A stretch of 64,000 nucleotides of DNA. Source: Negaprion brevirostris. Lineage: Eukaryota. The stretch's first letter is position 1. Each line of letters starts with the position of its first letter. The stretch covers positions 56,367,879 through 56,431,878 of the forward strand of contig JARDVH010000084.1 of assembly GCA_030324005.1 (NCBI GenBank). Direction: 5' to 3'. A program made the position numbers and the translations under genes. Shown piece after piece: positions 37,733 to 50,200 of this stretch. The notes under the pieces were generated by a model. That model was not told the origin of the DNA. It worked only from the letters and a program-made list of their open reading frames with translations, and did not search any database.

Positions 37733-39427
37733 TGTAATGCAAATCAAATTCTAAAAACCATAAGAAATGAAAGTTGCCCAACCTTTCCTACTAATGGAGT
37801 CCCAACACAGGTTACATATAGAGAATAATTAACAATGTTGAACTGCATTTTTCTCACGTGCTGCAGAACATGTGTGACACTTTGCAGTATATATGCTTCA
37901 ACACCTTTTCCAACAAGTTTGGTAAACTATTGTTACTCAACGAGTCACTTTAGCCTAGCTCCAACCACTCCGTTCCACCTGCAGTTCAGTTAATCATAAA
38001 CAGGTTGTCGTCACCTGGCCAACAAATAAAACCTCATGCCAGGGTTATAAATTTTCTAGGCTTTAGCATAGTGCTGCTGAGAAAGTGCAGCTCTTACTCT
38101 TACACAGGGACAGTGACTTTACTTCATGTTCCATTAGCAAGCAGGTGAGAGAATAGGGGCCAACTCAGAGTTGAACAAGAGACATACCAACATTTATCAT
38201 CAGGCTACACAGCACACAAAACAATGGTGACAGTATGACCAGATCTTACCTATTAAACAGCTCTGCACAATTTTAGCAGATATCCTGTGCATCTGTTTAT
38301 TTTTTTAAAATACTGTCTACATAAGCTTCTGTTCAGACCCGACCATTTAATTTGAAGTACAGCCGTAAGCGAAACAAATCAATTTTTGAGACAGCCTTAC
38401 GCACACTAGCGTGATAACATTTTCCAAAATAAATGACTCCCACAAAGACAGCTTGCTCTTGTAGCACAAGCTTTATACTGAGGAAGCAGCTTGTACTATT
38501 TATCATTCACTATCGCTGACATACTAAGTCAAGACATCCCAGTACCCAAGTATTAACTATGCAGAGCATGTGTCAGCAGACAGTCGAACCCATCAACAAA
38601 AGCAGTCATTCAGCAAGGAAGAGCAAAGCAAACTAAAAATCTGTTACAAACTCTGCTCCAATATGCATCTCATTTGAGCTCAATCCAAAATCGCCAAGTG
38701 CCTTCAAAAACTGCTCATGTTGGATTGTAAAATATTGAAGTCTCCATCTTTTTTTTTAAAATCACAAGGTCAGTTTTAAAACTATACTTTTGATATGCTT
38801 AAGAATTATTTCCATTCTGCAACAAACGTTTCCAATAGATTTTCCTTACACAGAAAAATTGCCAATGTGCGATACTGTGAGTTTAAACACTAGATCTTAG
38901 ATCAACACAGGTTTATCCTGAGCTCTTTCACTGTACTGACATGCTCCAGGTGCCTACACGTACCAGACATAGAAACGATAACTAATAGGTAAGTGGCAAA
39001 TGATCTTTCCTCTGAAGAGACCAGAATTCAAGGTTTATGTAAAACTATGACAAATTCAATGCAACTCAAATGCCTTAAAAAGTTTATTTTAAAACAAAGT
39101 ACACAATTTTATCGCAATTTTTTGTCAAACCTTTTTTAATTTGCATAGTATGACAAAGCAGGGTCTTCACAAGCAGCACCCAAAGCCAAAGCAAGTCTCT
39201 ATTTATTCAAGTCAGAAAGCCACAAATCATTTTTAAAATATCCACTAATAAAATATTAAGATTTATATTTCACGGGATTTTAGAACAATAAAATAACTCA
39301 CCCAAAAGAATCTGCAAACTAGTATCAATGTCAATTTGAGACAAGACATTCCATTTGGCAGCTATTCTCTTGCACACAACAGAATTATTTAAACCTACAG
39401 TTATTCACAGGAATTAAGAGAACTCAC

Positions 39428-39512
39428 ATAATCATGGAAGGCTTTTGCTTCACTTGAATGTTCACATGTGTCTCGTCTTTCAGGAGCTGCACAGTAAAGG
39501 TCCCAAAATACA
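39428..39512 (-). CDS. SSBP3: SSBP3 coding exon 4 ([C][28 protein letters not shown], 85 nt; end of LUFS domain)
   Basis: ttcttcctcccccag|T GTA TTT TGG GAC ... GAT TAT|gtgagt, in phase with exon 3 (TG|T = Cys). RRDTCEH plus the MFAK start favours SSBP3 over SSBP2/SSBP4. No later exon was found, so intron 4 extends past position 1. Confidence 0.96.
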
Positions 39513-41659
39513 CTGGGGGAGGAAGAAAAATGTTCTGTTACTATTTCACCTATTCTCAATGCAAAAAATAATATACTCCAGGCATGCACATGCAAAACAC
39601 AGTGTTCCGTTAACAAAGATCATTAGGTTGCAATCCACTGTGCTCAAGAGAATACAGGGCTCTCAATGATAAACTAAATACAGGATGTATACTGGTAGCA
39701 AAACCACAAAAACAAGTAGTTCATAAATTCAAAACTTTAAAAAGCAGCAGAATGAAAAGACAATTCAGTTTATAATATTTACAACAAACTGACAGGTAAA
39801 AAAGCAATATAACTTAGGCTGAGTGACAATCAAATAAATGGATGCTCATATTAGTTGACTGCAAATAGTAACTCCAAGGAAACAAGTTACAATTCTAACC
39901 CACAGCTTCTCTCAAGGCATCTGCTCATTCATATTGTGAGCTGCACATTCACAAATCCCCAGGTTCCGCCCCAGGCCTGTACCTGCAGGTGCTCAACTTA
40001 AACATTTACCTGACTGAACCCGTAAATTTGCAAACTAGTCAGTCATTATTCCATATAATTAGTGTCCCGTTGACAGCTCTCGAACTTGTACTATATATAA
40101 TTCACAGCCATCAAAATGAAATCCTGCCTTATCTTAAGCAGACCTACTTGTAAGAGATCCTAATTACTAGCAATTAGGGACAGATTATCGTAAACATGAT
40201 TAAAAAAACTGATTTCCACTCTCCACCTTTTTGTCAGAAATTCCAACCCTCTCCGAATCCACTACAGGAAGCGCACATTCATATTGAGCTACAACTCCAA
40301 AGGCACCAGCATCTCCTGAAAGACTAAACAATCCATCTGAACAGTAACAATAAGCTATTCCACCAAATGTGTCTCAGCAAAACCCTTCATAAAACCTCAG
40401 TTTATCCTTAGTTACTTCACAAACACACAAATTAGGTAAACATAGAAGACAGCCATTTCGCCATTCGGTTCATTCACAAAGCCTACAATCTTCTTTGTGT
40501 CTGCCTCTTGACCGACTCCCATGCCATCACCACTTAGGTTTGCCTCCACACTTCCAGTGGGAGTTTATGCTTAACAATCAGTAACTCTAGCTGGTTCTAC
40601 TGCTCCCTAGCCTGAGGACAACTATAGCACCCCATCACTTGGGCCAAGATTTGCAGAAACGCAAATTAAACCTGATCCATATGGCTCAATCTCACTCCAG
40701 ACAGTGCATCAAGGAGGTTAGATGTACTAATCATTAAAAATATTAAACATTTTTTAAACAACTTGCTCCCAGGCCTGTTGCCTTTCAGCCTGCTCATAGG
40801 TTATAGATCATTAGGCAAACCTTACCATCTTCATTCAACCCCTCTCTAAAACATTGTCATTGCACTCTGCATGAGTGCTTAGCCTATCATTTTTGTTTTG
40901 TAGACTTAATAAGAACCTTTGTATCAAACCCTTCCAGTGCAAGTAAAATATGATCATGTGATTCTCACAATTATGCAGAATGCATAATAACAGATTCAAT
41001 TAAGTCCAAAGAGATTTTAAAATCTATGTAGAAATCCCACAGCTTCTAAACATTGCTGGGGGTGTCTAAAGCGCAGTTTTAAGTCAATCACTCTTCTAAA
41101 ACAATAAATGGATTGATCAGTAGCAAGTTCAATACATCTTCTGACTTCTAACAATAGATGAACCCGTACAATACTCATTAGTACAACGCTCAAACAGCCA
41201 AATTAGTCACTAGATGTCACAATCCTTGTTCCACTGAAGACTCAAGCTTTTTAACAACATATACAAGAATCAAAGACCCTGAAGTCTGTAATTGAGGTGA
41301 ACAAACTGTCACTATAGATTCTCCAAAAAAAAGACAAACTGCTGATAAGGTGTCACAAAAACGCTCTTTTAAAATGATGCACTTTGCACAAATAGAAAAC
41401 TCCTGTATCAACTTTCACCATCATTACTATAGCCCCTCAAAGGAGAGGCTTTTAGTAAAAAGAGAGAGAAAATGGTAACTAGCACAGATTAAAATAGAAT
41501 TTTGAGTCCTCTCCAACAGTTTACCAAGTAGCAGACTGGTAGTGTGCCAGTTCAGTTTTCAGCCAACTGAAGAAAACAGTATACGAGGACCAGAATCTCA
41601 AACCCAACACTAGGGTCATGGTTTATCAGGCAGCAGTATTCCCCATGCTACTATATACA

Positions 41660-43450
41660 AATATATGAATTGGGAGCAGTAGGCCATTTGGCACATCATG
41701 CCTGCTCCACTATTCAATAGGATCATGGGTGGACTGATTGTGGCATCAACTCCACATTCCGCCTACCCTCGATAATATTTGCCTCTCCTCATCCTGCCTC
41801 CACTGCTCACTGAGGGAGATAATTCCAAAGTTCACAACCTCAAGAAAACATTTCTCATGTCCACCTTAAATCGTCCCATAGTTCTAGTCTCTCTGAAAAG
41901 GGCTACATCCTTTCAGCATCCACCCTGTCAAGTTCCCAAAAAATCTTGAATCTTTCAATAAAATACAGCTACAGCTCAACCTTTAAAACCATTATTCCTA
42001 CAAGACTCATCTCCAGACTTTGTGACCTGAGGCTCAACTCATCCCTCTGGAACTTGATCCTAGGCTTCCAAATCGCACTCAGCAAGGATAGACAACGACA
42101 CCTCCTCCACAATCATCCTCTCAAAACCAGTGCCCCACAAGGCTGTGTCCTCAGCCCTTACACACCTTTGACTGTCTGTCCAAATTTCCCTCCAACTCAA
42201 TTTTCAAGTTTGCTGATGACACTACCACTGTGGGTCGGATCTCAAATAAAGGCGAGACAGGGTACAGGAAAGAGATAGAGGATCTGGCATGATGACAATA
42301 ATGTCTCCCTCAATGTCAACAAAACGAAGGAGATAGTCATCAACTTCAGGAAGCAGAGTAGAGAGCATGCCCCTGTCTACGTCAATGGGGATGAAGTAGA
42401 AATGGCCGAGAGCTTCAAGTTTGAAGGTGTCCAGATCCCCAACTTGTCCGGGTCCCTCTATTCAGATACTATAGTTAAGAAAGCACACCAACGCCTCTAC
42501 TTCCTCAGGAGATTAAGGAGATTTCACTACAACTCTCACCAACTTCTACGGATGCACCATAGAAAGCATTCTTTCTGGTTGTATCACAGCTTGGTATGGC
42601 TCCAACTCTGCCCAAGATTGCAAGAAACTACAAAGGGTCATGAATGAAGCCTAGTCCATCACTCAGACCAGCCTCCCATCCATTGACACTGTCTACACAT
42701 CCCGCTGCCTTGGAAAAACAGCCAGTACCCCATATTCTATTCCACCTTCTTCCATCAGGAAGATACAATCACATACCAATCGACTCAAAAACAGCTTCTT
42801 CCCTCCTGCCATCAGTCTTTTGAATGGATCTAACTTGCATTAAGGTGATCTTTCTCTATACCCTAGCTATGACCGTAACACTACAGTCTTCACTCATTCT
42901 TTTCCATGTACACTATGCTTTGTCTGTATAGTGTGCAAATAATACTTTTTACTATACACTAATACATGTGACAATAATAAATCAAATCTAATCAACTCAA
43001 AATCACCACTTAATTCTTACAAACTCCAACGGATACAGGCCCAGCCCATCCAACCTTTCCTCATAAGATAATCTCCTTCATCCCCAGTCAAGTGAACCTT
43101 CTCTGAACTGCCCTTAACACATTTATATCCTTTCTTAAATAAAGCGACCAAACTGTACACAATACCCTACATGTGGTCTCACCAACGCCAACTAAATTCC
43201 ATTTGCCCGCCTAATCATTTGCTGTAATTGCAAACTAACTTTCTGATCTGCGTACCAGGACAGGCATATCCTTCTTTATATCTCAGTTCTGCAACCTCTT
43301 TTCATTTAACTAACATGCTGCTTTTCTTTTGTTCTTGCCACAGTGGATTCATTCACCTTTTCCCACATTCAACTCCCATCTGCCAATTTTTTGCCCACTC
43401 ACTTATCTATGCCCCTTGGAAACTCAATGTTCTCTTCACAACCTTCTTTC
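41660..43450 (-). mobile_element. CR1 LINE (minus) split by the Rex1-like insertion at ~41965-42990
   Basis: agcagtaggccatttgg..cctgctccactattcaataggatcatgg tail at the left; continues after 43000 with aaactccaac..ccaacctttcctcataag..gaccaaactgtacacaata. Confidence 0.75.
41965..42990 (+). mobile_element. Rex1/Babar-like LINE, 5' truncated
   Basis: YSSTFKTIIPTRLISRLCDL..SLWNLIL, APQGCVLSP, KFADDTTTVGRI, KKAHQRLYFLRRLRRF; (aatca)n tail. Confidence 0.88.
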
Positions 43451-43489
43451 CTACCTATTTGTGCTTATATGCTTCAGATACTTTAACTT

Positions 43490-43965
43490 ACAGCAGGCAC
43501 CACAAAACACTGGAGAATCACCACCTGTGATACGTTTGCAAGATTCTACAAATCTAATGGCAAGACATTCCCTTGGGCAGCTGCCCCAAAACCAACTTGT
43601 CCAATATTGAGGTGCTAATCACTCAAAACCAACTCCGTTGGGCAGGACATCTAGTTCACATGCCTGATACCAGATTCCCAAAGAACTGTTCTACTTGGAA
43701 CTCGGTTGTGGTACGAGACGCCCAGAAGGACAGCAGAAATTGGTTGGGGTGTCCTCAAAACATTCCCAAAGAAGTCAAATATCCACAATGCCTTATGGGA
43801 GACACTGGTTTGTCATCAACTAAATTGGGAAAAGTTCATTCAGGAAGACACTATCAGAAGGAGTGCACAAACCTCCAAACAACTCATCCATCCACCCCTT
43901 CAAGCAGCATTTGTCGGACTTATCAACCATCGTGTGTAGAAGCAAATCATCCTCAACCCTGAAAG
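43490..43965 (+). mobile_element. RTE-clade LINE 3' fragment
   Basis: NIEVLITQNQLRWAGHLVHMPDTRFPK in ORF 43573-43962. Confidence 0.8.
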
Positions 43966-45379
43966 ATAGCCTAACAGACAGAATATTCATACATTCAGCT
44001 AATTTGGCCAATCCTGGGATAGCAACTGATGTGGTAGAATTGGCTTCAACACCCTTTGGCTAGGCTGAGGGGTGAAAACCAGATATGCCATTGCGAACTT
44101 TTTAGTAGCCGCTGCATATAAAGATAATAACTTATTACATTCCTATATAAATGCATATAAAACTAAAGGATATTTTAGTGACTTGGGAATGGGCAAGGAA
44201 AACAGTGATATTGTCAGTACTGTCCAATATTCCGTATCAGTAAATCACACTGCATGGAAGATATGGGCCCCGAATTTGATTGGTTGAGCAGCCAGGACCA
44301 AATGATATGGTATGGAGCTACCCAGCACAAGCAGATATCCTGCCCATGGAGGGCAGGGTTAGAGATACCTAGCAAAAGCAGATGTCTTGACAATGAAGGG
44401 GGGGTGCGGGGGTGATGCAAGGGTTTGAAAATAGAAAATGGTTGAAGATGATCACTTGGACTTTGTTCAGGAACCTGAGAATCAGGCCCAGTGACTGATA
44501 CAAGCAGGCCAAATACTGTAAATTACTTAAGGCTGGCCAAAACTATACACGTACAACTAAGTATACAAACAAATGCTTATCAAACTATAATTCTATGACA
44601 GGTTACAAAGTTGCACAGAAACAAGTTGCTCCACATCAAATAACTCTGACAATGGGTCATCTAGACTTGAAATGTTGGCTCTACTCTCTCTCCACAGATG
44701 TTGACATTTTCTATTTTTGTTTCAGATTCCAGCATCTGCAGTAGTTCGTGTTTATCAAAAAACTGTTTATTCAGAAGACAATTTTACACAAGATGGGCTA
44801 GTGACAGACATCAGTTATGTATATAGTATGGAATTCCCAATTCACTTTAAATATGTCCAGCATAAAATTCCCTTGCATTGTTCCCACCCCCATATATCCA
44901 TAAACAGCTGCCATTCCCTCTTAGTTCCAGCAGGACTGTGTGGGTGGCTGCTAAGCTACAATCAGCATCACTCTGTAATCAGTTAATAGAAGGAACACCA
45001 CTTTGGGGACTCCTCTCAGTTTTTCACTCAAGATATTTAACTGCACCTTGGAGGTCAAATCCAGTCCTGAATGAATTCTTAGCCCTCTTGGCTTTTCTGT
45101 CCAAGACAATATATTGAAAAGTCACTGAAAAATTCCACAGTTCTCTAGCACCCCTCTGTCCTCAAAGCAGAAGAACCACCAACTGGTCCTATCCTATTAG
45201 ACCACAAGCCAACAGGCAAACTAATCCCAATAAAGTAATTCTGTTGTGAAACAAGCCAGAGAATAAAGAGATTCCAGCTTCAAACCCCCCATCCGTAACA
45301 GGTTGTACCTCAGGTGGGAACAACAGCAATCTTTCCAGAGAAGAGGGGGCAGCATTGGGAGATGTTAATTAACTAGCCA

Positions 45380-45610
45380 CAGTGCTCATTCAAGACACTA
45401 ACTCCTACTTGAAAACGGGCATGTGTGGACATCGGACAAATACCCAAAACTTGTCTGTGATACCATTCATGGTTAAATATTCTGCCAACACAAGTTGAGG
45501 CTCCCACATGAAGAATGACTACTTGCAAGAGGTTTTGGAAAATTGCTGCCACCTGTGGAACCATACCTCAGCAAGAGACAAAATATGAAATAAACGGGAG
45601 AAAAATTGAA
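45380..45610 (+). mobile_element. LF-SINE-like 3' relic
   Basis: gcatgtgtggacatcgg...aggctcccacatgaagaatgactacttgcaagagg...cacctgtggaaccatacctcagcaagag...gggagaaaaattg. Confidence 0.65.
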
Positions 45611-46462
45611 GGTTGATTTTCTTCTTAGTTCGTAGGATGGGATTCAACTTGCAAGCTGCAGTTCTGCACTGAACCAACAAAATTGTCCATCGGTTCCAAT
45701 CACCTATCAAAACACAGCTAGGTTTTCAATCCATTTTAACAAAGTAACAATAGCCCCAAGAGCATGATTTTAACAAAATTAAGCCTACCTAATAAAACAG
45801 ACGTAACTGTCCACTGCATCTGGAGAATACTACATTTTTTTCTTGTAGGTCTTAAAACCTACAGCAAAGCAACCAGAGTTTGCCCACTACCCAGTACAGT
45901 ATCGGGGGGGGGGGGGGGGGCGTTGGGCAGGGATTGTGGTTGGGGAAANNNNNNNNNNNNNNNNNNNNNNNNNNNNNNNNNNNNNNNNNNNNNNNNNNNN
46001 NNNNNNNNNNNNNNNNNNNNNNNNNNNNNNNNNNNNNNNNNNNNNNNNGGTTACACAATCAGTGGGGTTGGAGAAAGAGGGGCCATCCACGCAAGTAAAA
46101 TATCTGTCTGCAATAACTGCAAAATGATCTCATCCACACTTGAAATCCTAGCATATGGCTGCGTGGCTCACGATGCAATTTGGAAAATAACCCATAAAAG
46201 CTGTATTTTTTAAAAATGCACAGCCAACAAGTAACGAAAGGACGTGTAAATCAGCACCAAAACTTCCGATTTTATCAAAGAGATGCCTGTTGCTACTACA
46301 GCTCTTTTGTGTTGATCCCATTATCTGCGTTTTGTTTGGTACAATGTTGCCAAAAAAGTTCCAAGAGAAAACAGAGAATCAAAGTATCTATATTTATCAC
46401 ATGGAACGATGATGGGAACTCTGCACAAGCCCAATGTGGGACACTTAAAATTATCCACTTAC

Positions 46463-46524
46463 CACCACCAGGAGTGTAAAAACCCAGGAGGTTCTCCTAA
46501 TGTAATATTTTTCTCCCATCGTAT
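46463..46524 (-). CDS. SSBP3: SSBP3 coding exon 3 ([20 protein letters not shown][C], 62 nt)
   Basis: ttttgcag|ATA CGA TGG GAG AAA AAT ATT ACA TTA GGA GAA CCT CCT GGG TTT TTA CAC TCC TGG TGG TG|gtaagt; read directly from the sequence (too short for the ORF track). Confidence 0.97.
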
Positions 46525-46762
46525 CTGCAAAATAAAAACAAAGAAAAACACTCAGAAGTAGTACAGGAGAAAATGGGAGGGGGGGTGGGTGGGGAGAGAG
46601 GGGAACGAGGGCAGGCTGCATTCAGAACTAGTCAGCTGAATAGATTTTTTTTTGTTTTGTAGCCACAATACATGGCAAAAGGTTAACACAATTCAAAATG
46701 GAGGCGAGAGTGTCCGCCTGAGAAACAAAGGCTAAAGCGGAGTGATGGAGACATGCAGTTAC

Positions 46763-46835
46763 CTCTGAGAGGAAGGTCTGTGCAGATTTCTGTGCCCCGA
46801 CATGAAGCAGATATTCGTACACGTACAGAGCCAAC
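46763..46835 (-). CDS. SSBP3: SSBP3 coding exon 2 ([24 protein letters not shown], 73 nt; LisH motif)
   Basis: Polypyrimidine tract then cgcag|G TTG GCT CTG ... TCA GAG|gtaact. Phase is compatible with exon 1 (AA|G = Lys) and the peptide is the SSBP-family LisH segment. Confidence 0.97.
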
Positions 46836-47167
46836 CTGCGGGCGAAGGAGACACAAAGGGAGCCGGTTACAAGGTTTCTATTTATTACAGCGGGAATGCA
46901 GAAAGAGAGAGCAAAGAGGGGAGCTGGGGGTTTGTCAGCGAGCGGCGCTGCACCCAGCCAGCCCCGCCGGACACAATGTTTCATTCAGTTTCTTTAAAGA
47001 CGCGGAAACGCACAGCGTGCGAGTCAAAAACAAATAGAAATAATGATAAGGATGAAAAGCGATTTAATCCCCGGGATCTGCAGCGGCCGCTGTCTGGCCC
47101 CGGGGAGCCAGTAAACGGTGGGCAGGTTTCTTCATTTCCACAAGTAACAAAAAAAATTAAAACTTAC

Positions 47168-47223
47168 TTTTCTCGAGCCTGCCCGTCCGAGGGCACCGCC
47201 GAACCTTTGCTTTTGGCGAACAT
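47168..47223 (-). CDS. SSBP3: SSBP3 coding exon 1 (MFAKSKGSAVPSDGQARE[K], 56 nt coding)
   Basis: Reverse complement reads aaaagcATG TTC GCC AAA AGC AAA GGT TCG GCG GTG CCC TCG GAC GGG CAG GCT CGA GAA AA|gtaagt. This matches the vertebrate SSBP3 N-terminus MFAKGKGSAVPSDGQAREK, has a canonical donor, A at -3, and lies in a CpG island. Confidence 0.96.
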
Positions 47224-50200
47224 GCTTTTTTTTGGGGGAAGGAGCTGCCTGGCGTCGGGCACCTGTCAAACCATCAAACCCGGGGCGACCCCATCGCCGC
47301 GTCCGCGCACGCAGCCCAGCCCCGGCAGCGGAAAGGGCGGTCCCGGCTCCGCCCCCCAGACCCCCGCGAGCCGGAGTGACAGGCGGCGCCAGCCAATGAC
47401 CGCCAGAGGCTGCGCGTCAATCTCTCCCGCCGGCCTATCGGCGGCTTCGACGCCACGTCAATCAGCCCCGGGCGGCCCTCCCGCTGCGCCAATCAGACGC
47501 AGGCAGGTGGGCGGGTGTTTCCCGCTGGAGTGACTGGCCAGTTTGGTTACAGAGGCGGACTGCGCTGATTGGTCGCCGGCTCAGATACATCGGCGCGGGG
47601 AGCCTGGAAACAGCGTGCCCAGGAGTTTCTAAAACCCCCCCCTCCTCTTCTGCTATTCCGGGCTGGGGCGGCATTCCCCCTACTCGGCGGCTGCTGTAAA
47701 AACCTGGGACGGAATGCTACACAGAGTCCCAACAGAAATTACACACAATCCCATTGTTTAACGCTGGATCATTTTTCCTATGACATTCAGTTTTGTTCTG
47801 GTTAAGCCTTCTGAGATACTGCATTTTTTCTAGTAATTTCCCCGTAGAAATTGGTGCTTTGTCGTTGCTTAATTGAAATACATCTCCCTTGCTTTAACAA
47901 AGTCGACCTCCCCCCACCCCCTCGGGCAATGAAAACGAGATGCTAGGTTCATACAGAGTTAACTGCAGATATGTGCAAAACCCGATTCCGATTACTCGGT
48001 TTTAAAATCAATGTTGTAAAATCCCAGCTCATGAACAAAAGCGCATGCAACGCATGTGCTTCAGGTGAAAATACAACGAGCGGGAGAGGCAATTAGCCCA
48101 GAACTGTGCAAAAGTCATTCATAATTCGCGATGTTTTAATAGCTTTATTTTTCTGTGGCGGAATTTTTTTGCTCCTTTTTTAAGGTTCCCTTGTGCGAAT
48201 ACGAGAACGAGAAACGCAACAGTTTGGAACTGATCGAAACCGGTTTGCATACACGTGATGTGCAGTAGTTTTCCATTCAAATGGACCTGATCCTATAGAT
48301 TGCAACTCATTCGGGAAGAGAACTGCCTGGGAAGCAGCCCTGTTCCCCAGTTTACTAAGTCCTAGATGGTAACGATATCAGACACTCATCCAACGTGAGT
48401 GGAAAAGCCCGGACCATCCTATGCAAAATCAATGCGAGGTTTAACCGTCTAGACCTTATGATCAACTTCTTGAGCTTCCAGAATGGTTTAGTAAATTATT
48501 CAGAAACCGGCTTCCTGTGTGTATAAACATATGTGGATTAATTGGTCAATTCTGTGACTACAACCAGATTTATCGTTTGAATCTATGCATTTTGCGTTGG
48601 ATCGGATTCTAAGTTTATTCGCGGCGTGTTTTTGTACAAGGTCTGTTTATATATAACCGCGTAACTATGATGAAATGCAACCCATTTAAAACGCTACATT
48701 ACGAATACTGTTCACACAATAGTCAAAACCATCCCCTTTTTAAATTCTCAGTTTATAATTTGAATTGTTTACCTTTGTGAATAATGACTCCAATGGTACG
48801 TTTTTAAGAAGAAAGGCAAAAAAATCTCAAATTGTATCCTTTTTATTTTAAATCAGGCGTCAGTATTAAATGTACCTATCGCACACAGATCCAAGACATC
48901 AGGGTTTGTTTGAACAATTTAATATGCTATTTTTTAGTGAATTAATGCTTACGGAGTCTGCAGTCAGATGTGTACACACAGGAGGCTAAAAATACTGATT
49001 GTCATTTGCATAACCACAGCCCCACACAAGCTGCAACTGAATGCCAGAACAGTACTGTGATGCTATTTTCCAAACTCACCTATTAAAGTCGTCTAGCACA
49101 ACATTCCATGCAGCATAGGGAAAATACTGCTATTCTGACAAAAACTCTGCGTCTGGAACTTGATCTCTTTTAACAATCTTACTGTGTTTTCAATAATGTA
49201 GCTTTACTTAACATTTCTCATGTTTTCAATTTTTCACATTTGAGTTAGCAGCACTCCTGCAAATGGTCAGAAAAAACTGGGTACTTTTGTTTTCATATTT
49301 TATTTTTAAAGTACAGTGTCCATATTATTTTATAAACCTGTAATTTAAGCACAAAATTTAAAAGCAGGCTTTAAGGCCAGTGATGAAATAAGCGGGGGGA
49401 TCACAATAAGTATTTGAATGATATTTGTTCAGCTAAATAATCTCCGAAGTCCTCTAAGTGTCATCGTTGCTTGATTCCATGCAACTTCTGTGTAAACATT
49501 CTCCTTAGGGATGGGTTTTAACTATGGAAGATTCAGGATCAGCCTATCCTTTCTGGCAGACTCAACAACTTGTTACACAAGCCAGAGATGTGCACAGTGT
49601 ACCAGGGCACTATTATTACTGAGTTTGGCTAGCCCAGCATTGGAATTTGGAAGGCCCCTGTCCCTGGAGCCTGAGACTCTTCGGTATTGCTTCCAGATTC
49701 CTCTTAAAGAAGTGGGGCTGTAATCGGACAGACAGTTCACTCATGTCCTGAGTAATTTTAGCCCTTAAGATCCAACAATACTCCTTCATCCTAAATGTTA
49801 TGGATCATACTGTGGGAGGAGAGAGTGCCTCAAATGAGACAAATGGAATCTATATTTTGATGAATTTCTCAATAGTTTAGTTTTGAAAATTCTTACACCT
49901 GATATTTGGTTTAATAGATTTGAGACCAAGAAAAGAAAAGGAGCATGCGATCTTCAGAATGCATTCATTGGCCAGCAAAACAATTACAAATAACTGTGAC
50001 TGGAAATAAATAAATGATTAATTAATTAATAGATAGCTTTATTGGTCTTTAGACAAAACCTAAACTTCCAGCCACACCCATTGCAGGCATTGTATCCATA
50101 CAGATCTAAGAGCTTTTCAAAGATTCAGCATTACTTTTTTCTCAAGCCCTAGAACTGCTTGTGTAGGTAAATGGAACTTAGGACAACATTCATACATCTC

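Larger units (their letters stand above)
46620..47740 (-). promoter_or_regulatory. CpG island / TATA-less SSBP3 promoter with CCAAT, GC boxes and a CRE/ATF-like site
   Basis: The only strongly CpG-rich stretch in the window. CCAAT at 47393 and 47489, ATTGG at 47568, GGGCGG/CCGCCC at 47335, 47349 and 47470, CCACGTCA at 47453-47460. Confidence 0.85.

Noticed and set aside
1-39427. SSBP3 exon 5 (SAAAAPSPV...)
   Set aside because: No matching minus-strand coding segment seen; it probably lies beyond the left edge, though a gap or oversight cannot be excluded.
39401-39616. 71-aa minus ORF
   Set aside because: Contains exon 4 plus flanking intron; splice sites define the true exon.
46628-46984. 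118-aa minus ORF as a single-exon gene
   Set aside because: Only 46763-46835 is SSBP3 exon 2; the rest is intron read-through.
46802-47533. 243-aa plus-strand ORF
   Set aside because: Antisense to SSBP3 exons 1-2 across a GC-rich CpG island; Pro/Ala/Arg-rich with no recognisable domain, as expected by chance.
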